Positions 12,369 through 25,858 of a stretch of DNA of 64,000 bases are shown in pieces (positions within the stretch are counted from its first letter, which is position 1; every line of letters starts with the position of its first letter). The notes below the pieces were generated by a model. That model ran no database searches. It worked only from the letters and a program-made list of their open reading frames with translations, and was not told where the DNA came from. Source of the DNA: Octopus sinensis (taxonomy: Eukaryota); contig NC_042998.1 in NCBI RefSeq assembly GCF_006345805.1, positions 173,910,001 to 173,974,000 of the forward strand, in the 5' to 3' direction. Made by a program: the position numbers and the translations under genes.

Positions 12369-15300
12369 CTCCTTGAAGTAACGAAGAAATTTTTAAGAAC
12401 CATTTTCTTTATTTCAATAATCACATTACGCTTGTTTACAGTTTAGACTGTACATTGAGTAAACTTCAACAAAGAGATTACAAGACTATTAAATGAGATG
12501 TAAGATATATTCTGAAATAGTTGTTATCTATTTTTCTTATGTTTTCTCTAATCTAAAGCATAAAAACTACTAGAAGAATTCGGCATTGAAAGATATATAA
12601 AATTATGTAACAAAACGCGACATATCAAGTATAATACATCTGAAAACTTGCACTTAACGGATGACTAAGTGTAAATTGTTGTCACCTTACTTTATTCAAC
12701 TTGAAATTTTATTTCTTTCATAACGACACTATATTACACCTTATATGCAGCCAGTAATAATATATAATACAGTAAACTATTGTTATTAGTGTTCATATAG
12801 CATTTATTGTCTACGATATCACATATGTCCGCTACGACATAACCCAATACTTTCGTCAAAGGAGCTGTTAGTGCTTTTCACCCAGATGATGTATTTATCG
12901 AGTTATTTCAGAACTGGATTACGAAACAAATGGTAGTCTATACGATACAATAACTCGTATTGTTTTATACAAATTCATTCCCCAACATCTCTGTATTGGA
13001 TGCTTTATATTTTTGATAATTTCTATATAATTCATGGGTCACGTTACTGCATACACACTTTCCTATGTTGTACATAGGCAACATTCAAGTCACGTGGGAT
13101 AAATTAATATAACGTTCACAGTTATATCAAGATATGGTTTCATTAAGGGTCACAAATTTCACATATGTCCGGCACCATACAAAGATTTGTGGCATATAGA
13201 TAGAAAACACATATGTCGAGAGATTGTTCAAGTTGTCTGAGATATAATCAAACTCTCTTAATATTTAAAAGCTAACTTTATCAAAAATTGATTAATGCAG
13301 CTTAGATTACTTTTCCAAGACCCACAGACGCCCTTAGATAAACTCTACATAACAAAATTACTGATGAAATCTGAGGGCATAATGCATTTGCTGAAAAGCA
13401 GCCCATTTAATTCTGATTCAGAGATATGCATCCTGGTATTAAACACGGATATCCCTTCCAATAATAAAGGTTGTAGAACCCTTTAAATCGAAAATCCTAG
13501 ACCTAATTGAGAAGATTAAATTTCATGAACACAATTTACATTCAGACCAAAACCAAAAGGCATATATGAAATAAATATGACTCAATGTAAAGAGCGAGAC
13601 ATCAACATACTCACTCAAAACTACACTAAAATCTCTATCTTCAATATTAATATAGATAATGAATCAAAATATATAATAAAAATATAAAATTGGATATTAG
13701 AGTGGAGATTTTAGTTAAACACCATATCATTAGCGTGATATAGCTTTATCCACTAACCAAACTATTCGTCTTTGTAAAAGTGAGGCACTTGTCTAGCAGA
13801 CACCTGAGTAAAATCACTGGATAACTACACTGTTACATCCTACACACGGTATATCTCCACTGATGAGGATCATCAACCCTAACCCTTAATTGTGGTAGTG
13901 GAGTTTACTTCTCCCTACTCATATTTATTTTAGCAGAATTCTTAATCCTGATGAACCTAAGCCATCTAAAAAGGTTTGAAGCGAATGAATAGATTAGATA
14001 AATCACCATTAGAATCCTTGGAAAGCAACATGGAGGATTCATAGTTTGGGCTGAGACCCCAATTAATGGATGATCAAGGATGTTAGAAAATGAAATTGTG
14101 CAATTGTAGTGATGGCATCCAGCTAAATTCTGCTAATTACTTACTGCTAATATCTGCAAGTGCTGGTGATCATAGATGTCATTCAGCTGCCGAAAGATTT
14201 AGACATGTAGAAAGACAAACGGAATTAGTCTCCTGGTGACTAGTCAACAAACCGTGAAACACACACCTTATCCAGCAGAAGGGAGTCTCCTTCCATTATG
14301 CATATAATCTAACAACAGCAAAAATAGTGATGGGTGCGTAAAAGTTGTAATTGGAGAATCTATCATGAGATTTTCAGGAGTTAAAGCCTTTAACTGTGCA
14401 AAGTAGTAAACACTTCTCCCAACAGAATAGTTGCTTAAATTCATTCAGTCATTCAAATGATTATCTGCCCTGGACCTTCGCACTTTTCCTGTTAGTATGT
14501 TATCATGGGTTGATAAGCTACAGAAGCAAGTCTTTATTTAGTATCTGATGTTATATGTCTAAGTAAAATTGTGTATATCATGGATGATAGAGTGCGGTCT
14601 TGAGAAAGGGCTTTCTGTTTCGTATGGCTCTATATATTTATCTCTACAGTATGATTCAACTGGTTAACATTATGGTTAAACTGGTTTGATCTCATATAAT
14701 CACCAGATGTCATATTCGAAAATGTGTAAACAGCAGCGGATTGGATTCTGATTGAATTTTTTTTCTTAATTTAAGAGCATCAATGCTCTGACCCGCAAAA
14801 TCACTGAGACATAAAGACATGTGCATTGATATGCATGTATCTTCAAAAGGAGAGATGATTTTGTTTCAATTTTTGCATTTTAGGTTAGCATACTCTCAGT
14901 AAAGACTGGTCGCATATAGTTAGAGTGTGGAATCTGATAAAAGAAAATGAGATTCAGAAGACCGTGTACAATATATTTTATGTACACAATTTGTATAGAT
15001 GAGAGGTATTTTGCGACTTTGTTGTTCGTTGCTGAGCAAACAAAAAACCCATGAGCAATGTATAAATGTCATCATAGCTTCTATAACTTACAGCTTTCCA
15101 AGTAGCGTCTATGTTAAATATTTGACCCTACATACATATATATATATATACTGTCATATATAAAATAAATCATAAAAGAGCAGCTTCACAGGCACATGTC
15201 CCTACTTCATTCTGACATAAAACAAACTTGTACAAATGTCACAGAATATTTCTAATATTTTATTTATGCTTGAAATATGTCTTGTTAACGTTTAGTTTTT

Positions 15301-16377
15301 CATTCCTTTTTTAGCTGTTGTGTATGTGTGTGTGCGTGTATGAATATATTTGTGTGTTATTTGTCTATATGTGTGCCAGTATGTAAGAACGATTATACAT
15401 GTTTATTGTTTGTATGTGTACATAACAGTGTAAAGAGATTACTCTAGGGAATTCAAAAGCCTCGTAAAGATTTCAAATCTGCTATTCGGCTATACTGATT
15501 GTCTCGTAAATGTGAACAGTATTTTTGGTACACATCTTTCCAGAAGATGCCAAATAAGAAGTATTGGTGTAAAGAAATTATGATGACGTGCTGTGCAAAC
15601 CTGAATATTAATGGCATTAGAGTGTAAGAATGTAGGAAAGGGAAGAGAGAGAATTGATAAGGTTGGAAAACACACTTAGTGCATCATAATTACTTTATGG
15701 CATGCACATCCAGTGGCAATCTGGGTAGGCTGCATCAGTGTCTTAAAGGAATATCCAAGTAGATCCGCAAGAAAAAAACAAAGCAAAATAAAAAAGTGAA
15801 CAACGAATAGGAGTTCAAAATCAAGGTAATTAGAGAGTGGGAAAGAAACAGTAAAGAATTTCAATATTTTAGATAAACGTGCATCGTCCAGAACAGAAAG
15901 TAGGAAAGTAGGAAAACAGAAGATTATCAAGTGAAAAAAGCATATTGATTTCAATGAAACAGCATTGTTAATAACTGGACGGAAATAGGTTGGGTGAAAG
16001 GGTAGGGAATGGTGTTTTGCAGCTAAAGAGCAAGAGCTTAAGCAAGATAAGGGAAATCAGAAGGGTAAGGTGTAATGAAGTGTATGGGCCTCTTAAGTGT
16101 GTGCGTCTGTGTGCGTGCTTGTATGTTTGTGTACGTGTGTAGGAGAGAGAGAGTGTGTGGAGGAAAGAGTATGTGAGAGTGCGTGTGTGTATGTGTGTAT
16201 CAGAGTATGTGTATGTGTGTGTGTGTGTACATAGAAAGAGAGAGACAGAAGTATGTGCGTGCCTGTTCGTAAATACTGAGAAATAGATGTATATGTGGTA
16301 CATTGTTATCGCATAGTTCATGTGAATAAAGCATAACAGTCATAATGTGTGGAGGAAATGGGTATTGTGCGTGTGTT

Positions 16378-16425
<48 letters not shown>

Positions 16426-16941
16426 GGGGAGAGAGTGTGTATGTGTTAAATGTTCCAGAGCGAACACATAATCATAAACCTCACAAAACGAAACGCAAAA
16501 TGCATCACACCCAACCATAAATTTACACCGTTATCTACAAAAATGCCTAAACCAGAAACCTCCTCGTCAATAAATTATCAGAGTCATCTAACCTCCAGAA
16601 CAAGTTACGAATGTCTAATGAAATCCATGTGACTGGAAGCTGCAGACTTCTAGATACAATAGCCCTACTAGTACAACACTCTCGTTGGCACTGGATCCAC
16701 GACGGAGCTCATCTTCATAAAAAAACACGAATTTTTTTATCTATCCATAGGTTAACAAAAATTGATTTACAAGAGAAAACTCACAATATAATTAGACAGG
16801 AATTGCATTTCATAAAGTGATGATTTAACTCTTCAATGTTGTAAAACAAAGTATTGTGAGGATAAAACATTCGAGTTAACGACTGTCAAACTTGGTGCAT
16901 TAGAAAATCGGACATTCCATTCTTAATGACCTGATATATAA

Positions 16942-17003
<62 letters not shown>

Positions 17004-17010
17004 GTGTGTG

Positions 17011-17042
<32 letters not shown>

Positions 17043-17049
<7 letters not shown>

Positions 17050-17228
17050 TTTTTCCGTAGTGAGATAAAAAAAACAAGGCTGTATAGATATTAGAGCATT
17101 TATAGATAGAAGGTCTTACAGCTGTTTCTAGGATATTTCTAGAAACAGCTGTAAGACCATCTCTCTATAAATGCTCAAATATCTATACAGCCTTGGTTTT
17201 TTATCTCATTACGTAAAAAATTCATATA
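17043..17228. repeat. Diverged inverted repeat made of two half-hammerhead pseudo-LTR ends
   Basis: Arms 17043-17131 and 17139-17228 are about 88% identical. Each starts with ctagaaacagctgtaagacc, the same GAAAC-AGCU-GUA-AGA as the HHR at 4215. The left end abuts (TA)n. Confidence 0.8.
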
Positions 17229-17364
17229 TACGCACGCTGACATAGAACCAACATTGAACCCTTTATTCGCAATGTTACCGAATCTGGGAGTTAACTATGG
17301 TCTGTCTATAGCACTTATTCAGCATTACCTGACACATTTGGGTCTCAATGACACCATTATCTCT

Positions 17365-17395
<31 letters not shown>

Positions 17396-17400
17396 TTATA

Positions 17401-18163
17401 CAGACTGTCCCAAAATTCCTTAAATTTACAAATAAATGCATGAAATTTTATACAATATGAAGGACATAACCGAAAGTAAAGCACACAAGTCAAACTTTGA
17501 AAAACTACTACATCACATATAAAAAATGGCATCGCTTAAATTGCAGCCATTTTCGACTTCGCACGCAGTGTTCTTGCCAATACTTGCTTCGTAACACCTT
17601 CAAGACTTTCAGACACCATTTCTCTGATTTCTCTATTGATGTTCTTCTTCAGTTGCACCAGGGTCACCGGTTTGTTGACATAAACCCTCTCTTTCAGGTA
17701 TCTCCACAAGAAAAACTCCGAGCTAGTCAAGTGTGGAGAACGTGAAGGCCATTCAATGTAGACCGCACACATGGTTCCAGCAAGATGGGGCAACTGCTTA
17801 TATCACAAGAGAAACAATACAGTTACTACAGCAGTGCTTTGGAGAGAGAATAATCTTCCGCTACGGCAATATCAACTGGCCTTCACGTTCTCTAGACTTG
17901 ACTAACCGGGATTCTTTTCTTGAAAGAGAGAGTTTACGTCAACAAACCGGAGACCCTGGTGCAGCTGAAAGAGAATATCAATAAAGGAATCAGACAGGTG
18001 AGGTTTGAAACTCTTGAGTATGTTATAGTGCAAGTTTTGGAAAGAGCACGGGCTTGCGAAGCCGAAAATGACTGCCATTTTCGTTGCATCTTGCAACCTT
18101 TTCAATAGTTTCGAGTCAAAACTTTTGAAAAGGTTGCAAGATGCAACGAAAATTTTAGGACAA
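17401..18163. mobile_element. Fold-back Tc1/mariner relic (rosa/DD41D-like transposase 3' half present twice, head-to-head)
   Basis: About 17540-17757 (-) and 17868-18085 (+) both encode WPSRS...LKERVYVNKP.TLVQLK.NI. The centre has WFQQDGATAY. TA-cagactgtcccaaaatt at the left, partial aattttaggaca at the right. Confidence 0.75.
18077..18153. repeat. Perfect 29-bp-arm hairpin (MITE-like) inside the right arm of the fold-back element
   Basis: attttcgttgcatcttgcaaccttttcaa ... ttgaaaaggttgcaagatgcaacgaaaat are exact reverse complements. Confidence 0.85.
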
Positions 18164-18335
18164 TAAAAATAAGAAAAACGTGGAAATTTTATCGGTGAGT
18201 GTGTTACATAATAAGGCACAAAAAGAAAATGACTCTTCCCAGACATAATAGAATATGCTTCAACACACGAACTCATAAAAGAATCTTGCAAACCAAATAT
18301 AAAAACGATATATATATATATATATATACATGAAT

Positions 18336-18393
<58 letters not shown>

Positions 18394-18394
18394 C

Positions 18395-18555
18395 GACAGG
18401 CTTCTTTGAGTTTCCAACTATCAAATCCACTCATGAGGCTTTGGTCTGCCCGGGGCTATAGTAGAAGACACTTACCGAAAATGCCACGCCACGCAGTGGG
18501 ATTGAACCTGGAATCACGTAGTTTAGAAGCAAGATTCGTACCACACACCCACACC
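18395..18555 (-). mobile_element. SINE 5' part (tRNA-like head + central domain)
   Basis: Reverse complement matches 55560-55690 (ggttc.atcccactgcgtggc...aagtgtcttctactatagcc.cgg.c.gaccaaagcc). Confidence 0.75.
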
Positions 18556-18873
18556 ATATGTTTTTAGTAGTTTGCGCTAAAATCGTATTACTTCTAATTA
18601 CTTTAGAGACTCTAGAAACAGGAAGATGAACGATCAGGTGTGTATGTTTCTCTGTTGTGCAACTTCAAACTGTCAATAAAAGTAAATATAAACTCTATGA
18701 AACGTCGAGTGCACTTTTCTTTCGATTTGTGCAAAGAAACACACCCATATACTCACATACACACACATATTTATGTTTGTATGTACGTATTCCTATACAC
18801 ACACATATGCAATGTATACATTATTATGTAGATAAATGAATAGATACATAAATTATATTTAATCTTCGATATA

Positions 18874-20049
18874 TTAGGTCGTCAAGTATGAAATTTGTAG
18901 TTAGGTATACGGTAAACTTTGACAGCTGCTTGAGAATATTTACTTTTTCTTAGAAAGCTGACACATCAATTTATTCTAACTCCTTTTGTGCTTTATAAAG
19001 TATTTATAAATCGCTTTCTGCTATCTTCGTTTAGAGAGGGATAAATCGGAAATTCGTACAGTTTTGAAATATGAATTCTTTCTTGGAAATACATTTCAGA
19101 CAGATCGGAATATTAACAATGTATTTCCTTTTAATGTTATTATGCAGCAGACAGCATCAAATTGGTTTGCAAAATTTCATTCTGGTAGCTTTTATTTCAC
19201 AAATGAGCGACGCGGTCGACCAAAAACAAAGGTGGATAATGATTAACTGAAAGCCACTTTCAAGTCAGATCCATCTCACAGCGCCTCTGAATTATCGTTG
19301 TTGTTTGATGTTAGTAAGCATGTTGATTCACCTTGTTCAGTAAAGTGAAAAAGATTGATACGTGGGTTCCACAATGGAAATCAGAAACAGCAACGTTTGG
19401 AAGCCTGCATTATGCTACTTTCTCGTCACAAAAATGATTCATTTTTAAATCGAATTGTAACATGTGATGAGAAATGGAACCAATACAACAACCATAAGCG
19501 TTCAGCACAATGGTTGGACAAAGACGAGTCACCAAAACACAGGAGGCTGTTGGTGTATGTTTGGTGGTCTGGCGCAGGTGTGAACCACTGTGATTTCATT
19601 AAACCTGGCTCATCAATCACGGCCGAAGTATACTGCAGCCAACTGGATCAAATGATGCAGAAGCTTACAAAAAACAGCTTAGATTATACAACAGATCCAC
19701 TCCTATTTTATTGTAAGACAACGCCAGACCACCACATCGCAAAAGTAACATTAGCGAAACTACAGAAGTTGGAGTCGGAAGTTCTCCATCATCCACCATA
19801 CTCACCTGATCTTTCCCCCAGAACTTGGATAACTTTTTGATAGGAAAAAAATAATTCCGACGATAGTGTAAAACAGGCCTTCCAAGATTTTATTGACTCT
19901 AGATTGCCAGGCTTTTACAGTTCCAGGCTGGACAAGCTACCGCTGAATTGGCAAAAGTGTATTGACAATATGGAGGCATACTTTGATGAATAAAACTCTT
20001 CCATAAACTTTTTTTCTCTTTTCTACAAATTTCATACTTGATGACCTAA
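18874..20049 (+). mobile_element. Full-length but frameshifted mariner (DD34D) transposon
   Basis: 27-bp TIRs with 1 mismatch (ttaggtcgtcaagtatgaaatttgtag), flanked by TA. Transposase remnants: IRTVLKYEF, RGRPK, RIVTCDEKW, HHPPYSPDLSP. Confidence 0.92.
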
Positions 20050-20071
20050 TATATAATCCGTTTTTTTTTTT

Positions 20072-20283
20072 ACAAGGCCTGAATGTTTGAGGGGAGGGTC
20101 TAGTCGATTTCGTTATCCCCAGTACTTGGGTGGTATTTATTTTATCGATCCTAAAACGAATAAAGACAGACCTCGACAAGACTTGAACTTGAAATGAGCC
20201 TTCACATTTTGTCCGGTATACTAACAATAATTATATTACAAAAAAAGACGTGGAGAGCTAGCGATTCTGCCAGCTCGCTGCCT
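20072..20283 (-). mobile_element. Degenerate SINE (family of 63109)
   Basis: acaaggcc...tagtcgat...ccccagtac...ttttatcgatcc...gattctgccagctcgc. Confidence 0.6.
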
Positions 20284-20963
20284 TCGTGAAGCATATACAT
20301 AATACTATCAGTTATGATACAATTATCGTAGATATATTCTAAGCCAGTTGAGTTCCCTCTTAATGCTATAGAGTACAATACATTATTAATAAAACACTGT
20401 CGACCGAAATATGCAGTGATTACTTCACATCTATGGTTACTCTGCTTGACCGGCTGCGTTTTGTTTCTTTTACTGAAACTTAGAACTGTGTATCGTCTTA
20501 TGGTCTCTCTTTTTTCCAGTAGCGTTTAAAGGCGTAACACACCAATTAAAGACCGATGTAGTATACAGATTTATATTTTAACAAAGTGTATATAAGGGTT
20601 GCAATCGCATGGTCTAGTGGTAAAGTTTTCGGCTTCCAATAATTAAGTCGGGTAATCAGTTACTGAATGGCGTGTTTTGTCTTTAGCAAGACACTTAATT
20701 TCACCTTGCTCTAATATACTCACGCGAAAATGAGTAACAACGTAGTTCTGGTGCAGTTTTCTATCCCTCCAGCTGTCATAAACTCGATGCTCCATTTATT
20801 CAATGGGTAAGAGGGAAAGTAGAATCTCAATGGCCAGTGATGGCTAAGAAGGCATCTAAATGAAGTAGCGAATTCACGGTACCTGCAACAAAGTCACATC
20901 AAAGTACTCTATATATATTTATAGTTTTATATGTGTGTGTACATATATACATACATAAATAAA

Positions 20964-21016
<53 letters not shown>

Positions 21017-21029
21017 ATATGGGGGGGAG

Positions 21030-22450
21030 ATATTTCTGCTTTTTTGAGATGATGTATGTGACTGGCGATTGTTGTGGATTTACTGTTTCTCATATTTAAA
21101 AGTACTGAGATGCGCAGCGTATCGCTGTTTAAAATTTATACTTGATCCTCTATATAGTTGTAGAATTGCGAAACGTGTTGAGGAAGGTGCATTTACAAAT
21201 TACATTAAACCTTCTGCAATGGGTTTGTAGAGAGCATTTCTCATTTCTCAGGAATAGAGGAGGCAATACTGTCAGAGCAGAGGTTAAATATGGGACTAGA
21301 TTGGTCTATGTTATTAACATCATTATTACTATTATCATTACTATTTCTATCGTTGCTGTTATTTATCCTATCTGTAATAGTGGTAGTAATATTCTGATCA
21401 GTGTTAGAGGGATTAGTAGGGTTTCCGTTGTGGTCTAAAGTATGGGGTTTGATATTGGAGCTATGTATATTGATATTGGAGCTATGTATATGTTGGGCAC
21501 CCGTGTATTCAGAGTTGTTACAGTGTAAGTTTTGATAATAGAGAGAAAGTTTTCGTTTATTAGAGGCTGTTATGATAGCCTCAAAGTTGGGAGGGGTGCA
21601 GTAGGATAGCTTTAAGTTAGATCTATTAAAGATAGAGTAATATTATGTTGACCAGGGAAGTTGGAGTCCAGTATATTAAAAACGGAATTAGCTAAGTTCT
21701 AAACGTTTAGTGAGTAGCGGGTTGTATACCATAGAATAGAGCGTCCACCACTTTTTTCTGTTGCTTAGGAGTGGCGTTAACTACATTTTCAGAAATTAGA
21801 AGGGGATAATATGGCCCGTTATTCTTATTTTGACCAAGTGTGCGTATGGGGTCTAAGTTGTTTTAATCTCCCGGGTTTCTGGTATAGTGTATGTGTGGTC
21901 TGTTGTGATTCTGATTGTTAGCATGTCGTTGTGATATGATATGAGATGTATGTTGCTTGAGCCTAATATTAGGGATGTATTTTATTTGTTGGGAGAAGCT
22001 GCCAGCAGCGAGCGCTTGGTTGTAATATGGGACGTGATTATTGGCTATTTCCTAAGCGGGTGGGAAGTTAGACATACGAATCGAGATATGCTTAACTATA
22101 TTATCAAATGTGGATTTTTAATGATTGGAATTAAGATTTAAGTACTTAAGGTATTGGTTGGGTTTGTGATAAGGGGAGTGTTGTGAGGTTTCTAAGATTA
22201 AAGTTACGTCTAAAAAAATAGGGATTTTGTGAGAATTTTCAAAAGTAATAAGTAGGTTTAAGCTATTTCTTTCCTAGCTCGTTCTAAAGTGGATTTATTT
22301 ACGCTATTGGTAACTAGTAAGGCGTCATCTCTGTAAAGGCCTCCATTTGTGTTAGGGAACTGTATTTGGAGCTGGTGGAGTATGTATACTCCAACTATAG
22401 CTCAGTCCAGACATATTTTGGCACAGTTATCTTCCACGGAATTAGCAGTA
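21030..22450 (-). pseudogene. Decayed Penelope-like element: RT C-terminal half, thumb, linker and GIY-YIG
   Basis: Minus-strand translation: VGVYILHQL..GGLYRDDALLVT; FLDVTFNL...KPN; YYNQALAAGSF; NFPGQHN..SIFNRSNLKLSYC.PPN; GSSINFKQRYAAHLSTFKY..STTIASHIHHLK. Many stops and frameshifts. Confidence 0.85.
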
Positions 22451-22514
22451 GTTGTTGAAGCAAATAAAAAAAGATGTCCTCTTGTCACGTGATGTGCGAC
22501 GTCACTATTACTTA

Positions 22515-22590
<76 letters not shown>

Positions 22591-22593
22591 TAC

Positions 22594-22920
22594 GCATGGC
22601 TTAGTGGTTACGGCGTCGAGCTTACGATCGCGAGGTTGTAAGCTCGATTCCGGACCGGGTTGCATGTTGTGTTCTTGAGCAAGACACTTTATTTCACGTT
22701 GCTCCAGTTCACTCAGCTGTAGAAATGAGTTGCGACGTCACAGGTGCCAAGCTGTATCCGCCCTTGCCCTTCCCTTGGATAACACTGGTGGTGTGGAGAG
22801 GAGAGGCCGGTATGCATGGGCGACTGCTGGTCTTCCATAAGCAACCTTGCCCGCACTTGTAACTGGGAGGGTAACTTCCTAGGTGCAATCCCATGGTCAG
22901 TGATGACCGAAGGGGTCTCA
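22594..22920 (+). mobile_element. tRNA-derived SINE with CORE/V-like central domain
   Basis: A box (tggcttagtgg), B box (agctcgattcc), then gtgttcttgagcaagacactttatttcacgttgctccagttcactcagctgtagaaatgagt. Flanked by (TA)n. Confidence 0.8.
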
Positions 22921-22948
22921 GCATATATACACATAGATACATACATTC

Positions 22949-23025
<77 letters not shown>

Positions 23026-23585
23026 CACACATATATATATATATATATTATATATATATATATAGATATATATATATATATATATATATGAGTGGGATTT
23101 CTTTGTAATTAATCGTTTAAGATAATTTAGAAAGTTTTTCCAGACATCTTCCTAACTCCTAACTTTCTATTAAAGATTGTATGTTTACTGGATGTTGTTA
23201 AAGGCATTTCGTCTGGAACTTGTAGACATTTTCGAGAAACAGGAATCATGTATCCTTTGAATTGAAGAAAGAATCCAAAATTGTTTATTTCCATTGGCAA
23301 TTTTGTATAGCCTATATGTACGGATGAATTCTTTCTCTTGTACTGTTGATATTTAAGTCTTTCGATATTTTCTTCTTTTCTTCTCTATTCTCTCTCTCTC
23401 CCTTCTTCTCTCCCTCCCCCTCTCTCTCCTTGTTTATTTACTTTTCTTCATGCCGTTAGCTCTGTGCACTTTCCTTTTTGTTCACATTTTGTGAATAAAT
23501 ATGAGTATATCCAACTCCTTTATTTTCGTCTACCCTGTATGCACACACACATACAGGGCAGAGAGAAAAAAAAACTGGAGTATAC

Positions 23586-23587
23586 TC

Positions 23588-23675
<88 letters not shown>

Positions 23676-23739
23676 TTGGATAGATAGATAGATAGGCAGA
23701 CAGACAGACAGACAGACAGACAGATACATACATACATAC

Positions 23740-23790
<51 letters not shown>
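23586..23790. repeat. Compound microsatellite (GATA)n(GACA)n(CATA)n
   Basis: Directly visible. Similar compound tracts at 32630-32930 and 33840-34190. Confidence 0.95.
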
Positions 23791-23795
<5 letters not shown>

Positions 23796-24406
23796 GTATC
23801 AATTTATAAGCTCTGTTTTATATTTTCTTTGTATTTCCCTAATTTTTGCTTTACACTTTACTTTTTTTTTTCTTGTTTTTTGTTAAATATATACATTCAT
23901 TTCCCATTTGCTTCTAACCAAGATTACTGGGTAGATACGTTTAAACATTAAAATATTATGCTCGCTGTCAAATATCTATTGCTTTATAATATATTTTTTT
24001 CTCTATTGTCTTCAGTTTAATTCTTCATCCTGTTTTATTTCATCGCTTTTATTGTTTTCCTGTTAATTCTGTTTTCTTTTAATTCATCATTTTTGTCATA
24101 TTTCTTATGTCTGCTTTTTTTTCTTTCTTATGTGCCTCGTGTTTTATTTATTAAGTGATATAGATTCTTAAAATATTGAATTTGCTAAGCTTTTAAATAT
24201 TAGAATCTGTATATATAATCCCCGCTTTGACCAAGTTTATATATATATATGTTGTGTACATTATTATAAAATATAACTGGTGCTAGAGTGTAAACATTAA
24301 TCTCAGAGAGACGACGATGTAAAACTTCATTTACTAATTAGTTATGTGCGTATGCGTGCGTATTTGTCCGTGCGTGCGTGTGTGTGTATACATATATATA
24401 TATATA

Positions 24407-24443
<37 letters not shown>

Positions 24444-25809
24444 GCGTGGGCGTGCAAGCGTGGAGAGCAAGCGAGGACGTGTGGGCAACTAAATACTCAC
24501 AGAAAGTGTTCCGATCACCGTAGCGGTTATAAGAGAACAGCTCTACCTTCAAGTAGCCGCCAAATATGCTGACTGTGTCAAAGATATTCTGAGACGAATC
24601 TTGTTTGGGAGCACATTGGTCTCTAGGATGAGGCTCACGGCAAATTTCAAAGAAACAAACCGAAGATTTTATTACACTAGTATTCGATCGTATGCCTTAC
24701 ACGTGAACAACTCCGTCCTTCTCAAAGCTCTAAATTAGCTTTAATCTTCGTGATGAGTCAAATGCAAAATTATTTTGGCTATAATACGACTTGTGATCAT
24801 AACGCAGATTGATAAAATAATCAGGTTTGGTGGACATGCGTTCTATTTGCTAATGTTATGTGCAGTATTGAAAAAGGGTGAATAAAATGTCTTTCAATTG
24901 ATAACATTTTAACCTGACATAACATCCTGAATTCCTGCTGCAAAATGTCAAAACCAAATTTTAGGGCGGAATATAATCACTTTAACAGAGCCTCTACAGT
25001 AGATTTATATGCGACAGTAGACAATATGTGAGCGAAAATCGAAACTCTCGAGTAATTTTTATCAAATTAGGTACAAGTAATACTTTCAACATGTTTCGAT
25101 GAGATTGCTTCCCTATGATACTATCTGACAAGTCCCAAACATTTTGGCATGCTAAGTTATCCTTCATCCTTCACTCGGAGCATACATTACACTTACAGTA
25201 ATCGGTCTCCAGCAAGGGCACTTGATCGAGCCCTGAATTTTTGTTTAGGCATTAACAAAGGAGTAAAAAGTGTAGAAGCGCATGTCCTGATTCCTATTTC
25301 AATGATGGCATGTTGCCAATATTGACGCAACAACCACAAATGATGATGATGTATTGTCTAAATCATCTCAGTACATCTACCTCATCTATGACAAGTATTA
25401 CATCTCTTAATGTCGATGTAATCAATTATTATCGTATTCTCGGTTTCAGGTGAAGTAGCAATTAACTCTACTGGTTTCTTCACTTGCTTGTGTCCCAAAG
25501 AAGTAGAAACACGTTTGAACAGTTCATTCAGTATTTCACTTATCCACAACTGATGTCCTGTGATGGAGCCGTTCATTTAGAAAAGGGGCCCTATCTTGTA
25601 GCTTACTGAGTCCATTTATTTGGCAAACTTAAAGAAAGCTTTAAAGTTTGACTTAATATTTTTTTATAACCCAAGCATCCTTGTCTGCTCTCTCTTTTTC
25701 AGGGACCTGATGCAGTTTTTTATCAATCTCCAACAGTGTTGTTTTCAGGTGGTACATTTCACTACTTTTGAAATGTTTGTTCAGGCGGTTTGCAATTTTT
25801 GTCCATCGT

Positions 25810-25858
25810 CTCCCTAGAATTTTCCTCTCCCTAGAACTTTCCTCTCCCTAGGAATTTC
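25810..25858. repeat. 17-bp tandem repeat, about 3 copies
   Basis: ctccctagaattttcct / ctccctagaactttcct / ctccctaggaatttc. Confidence 0.85.

Noticed and set aside
14000-16900. Possible ancient LINE/PLE coding remnants (also 23080-23350, 25200-26000 and 43100-43490)
   Set aside because: Only isolated weak motif resemblances; no consistent frame or domain order that I can support.
22594-22670. tRNA-like A/B boxes here and at 55533, 48777 and 63109
   Set aside because: They are SINE heads: no complete cloverleaf, and they are followed by SINE body sequence.
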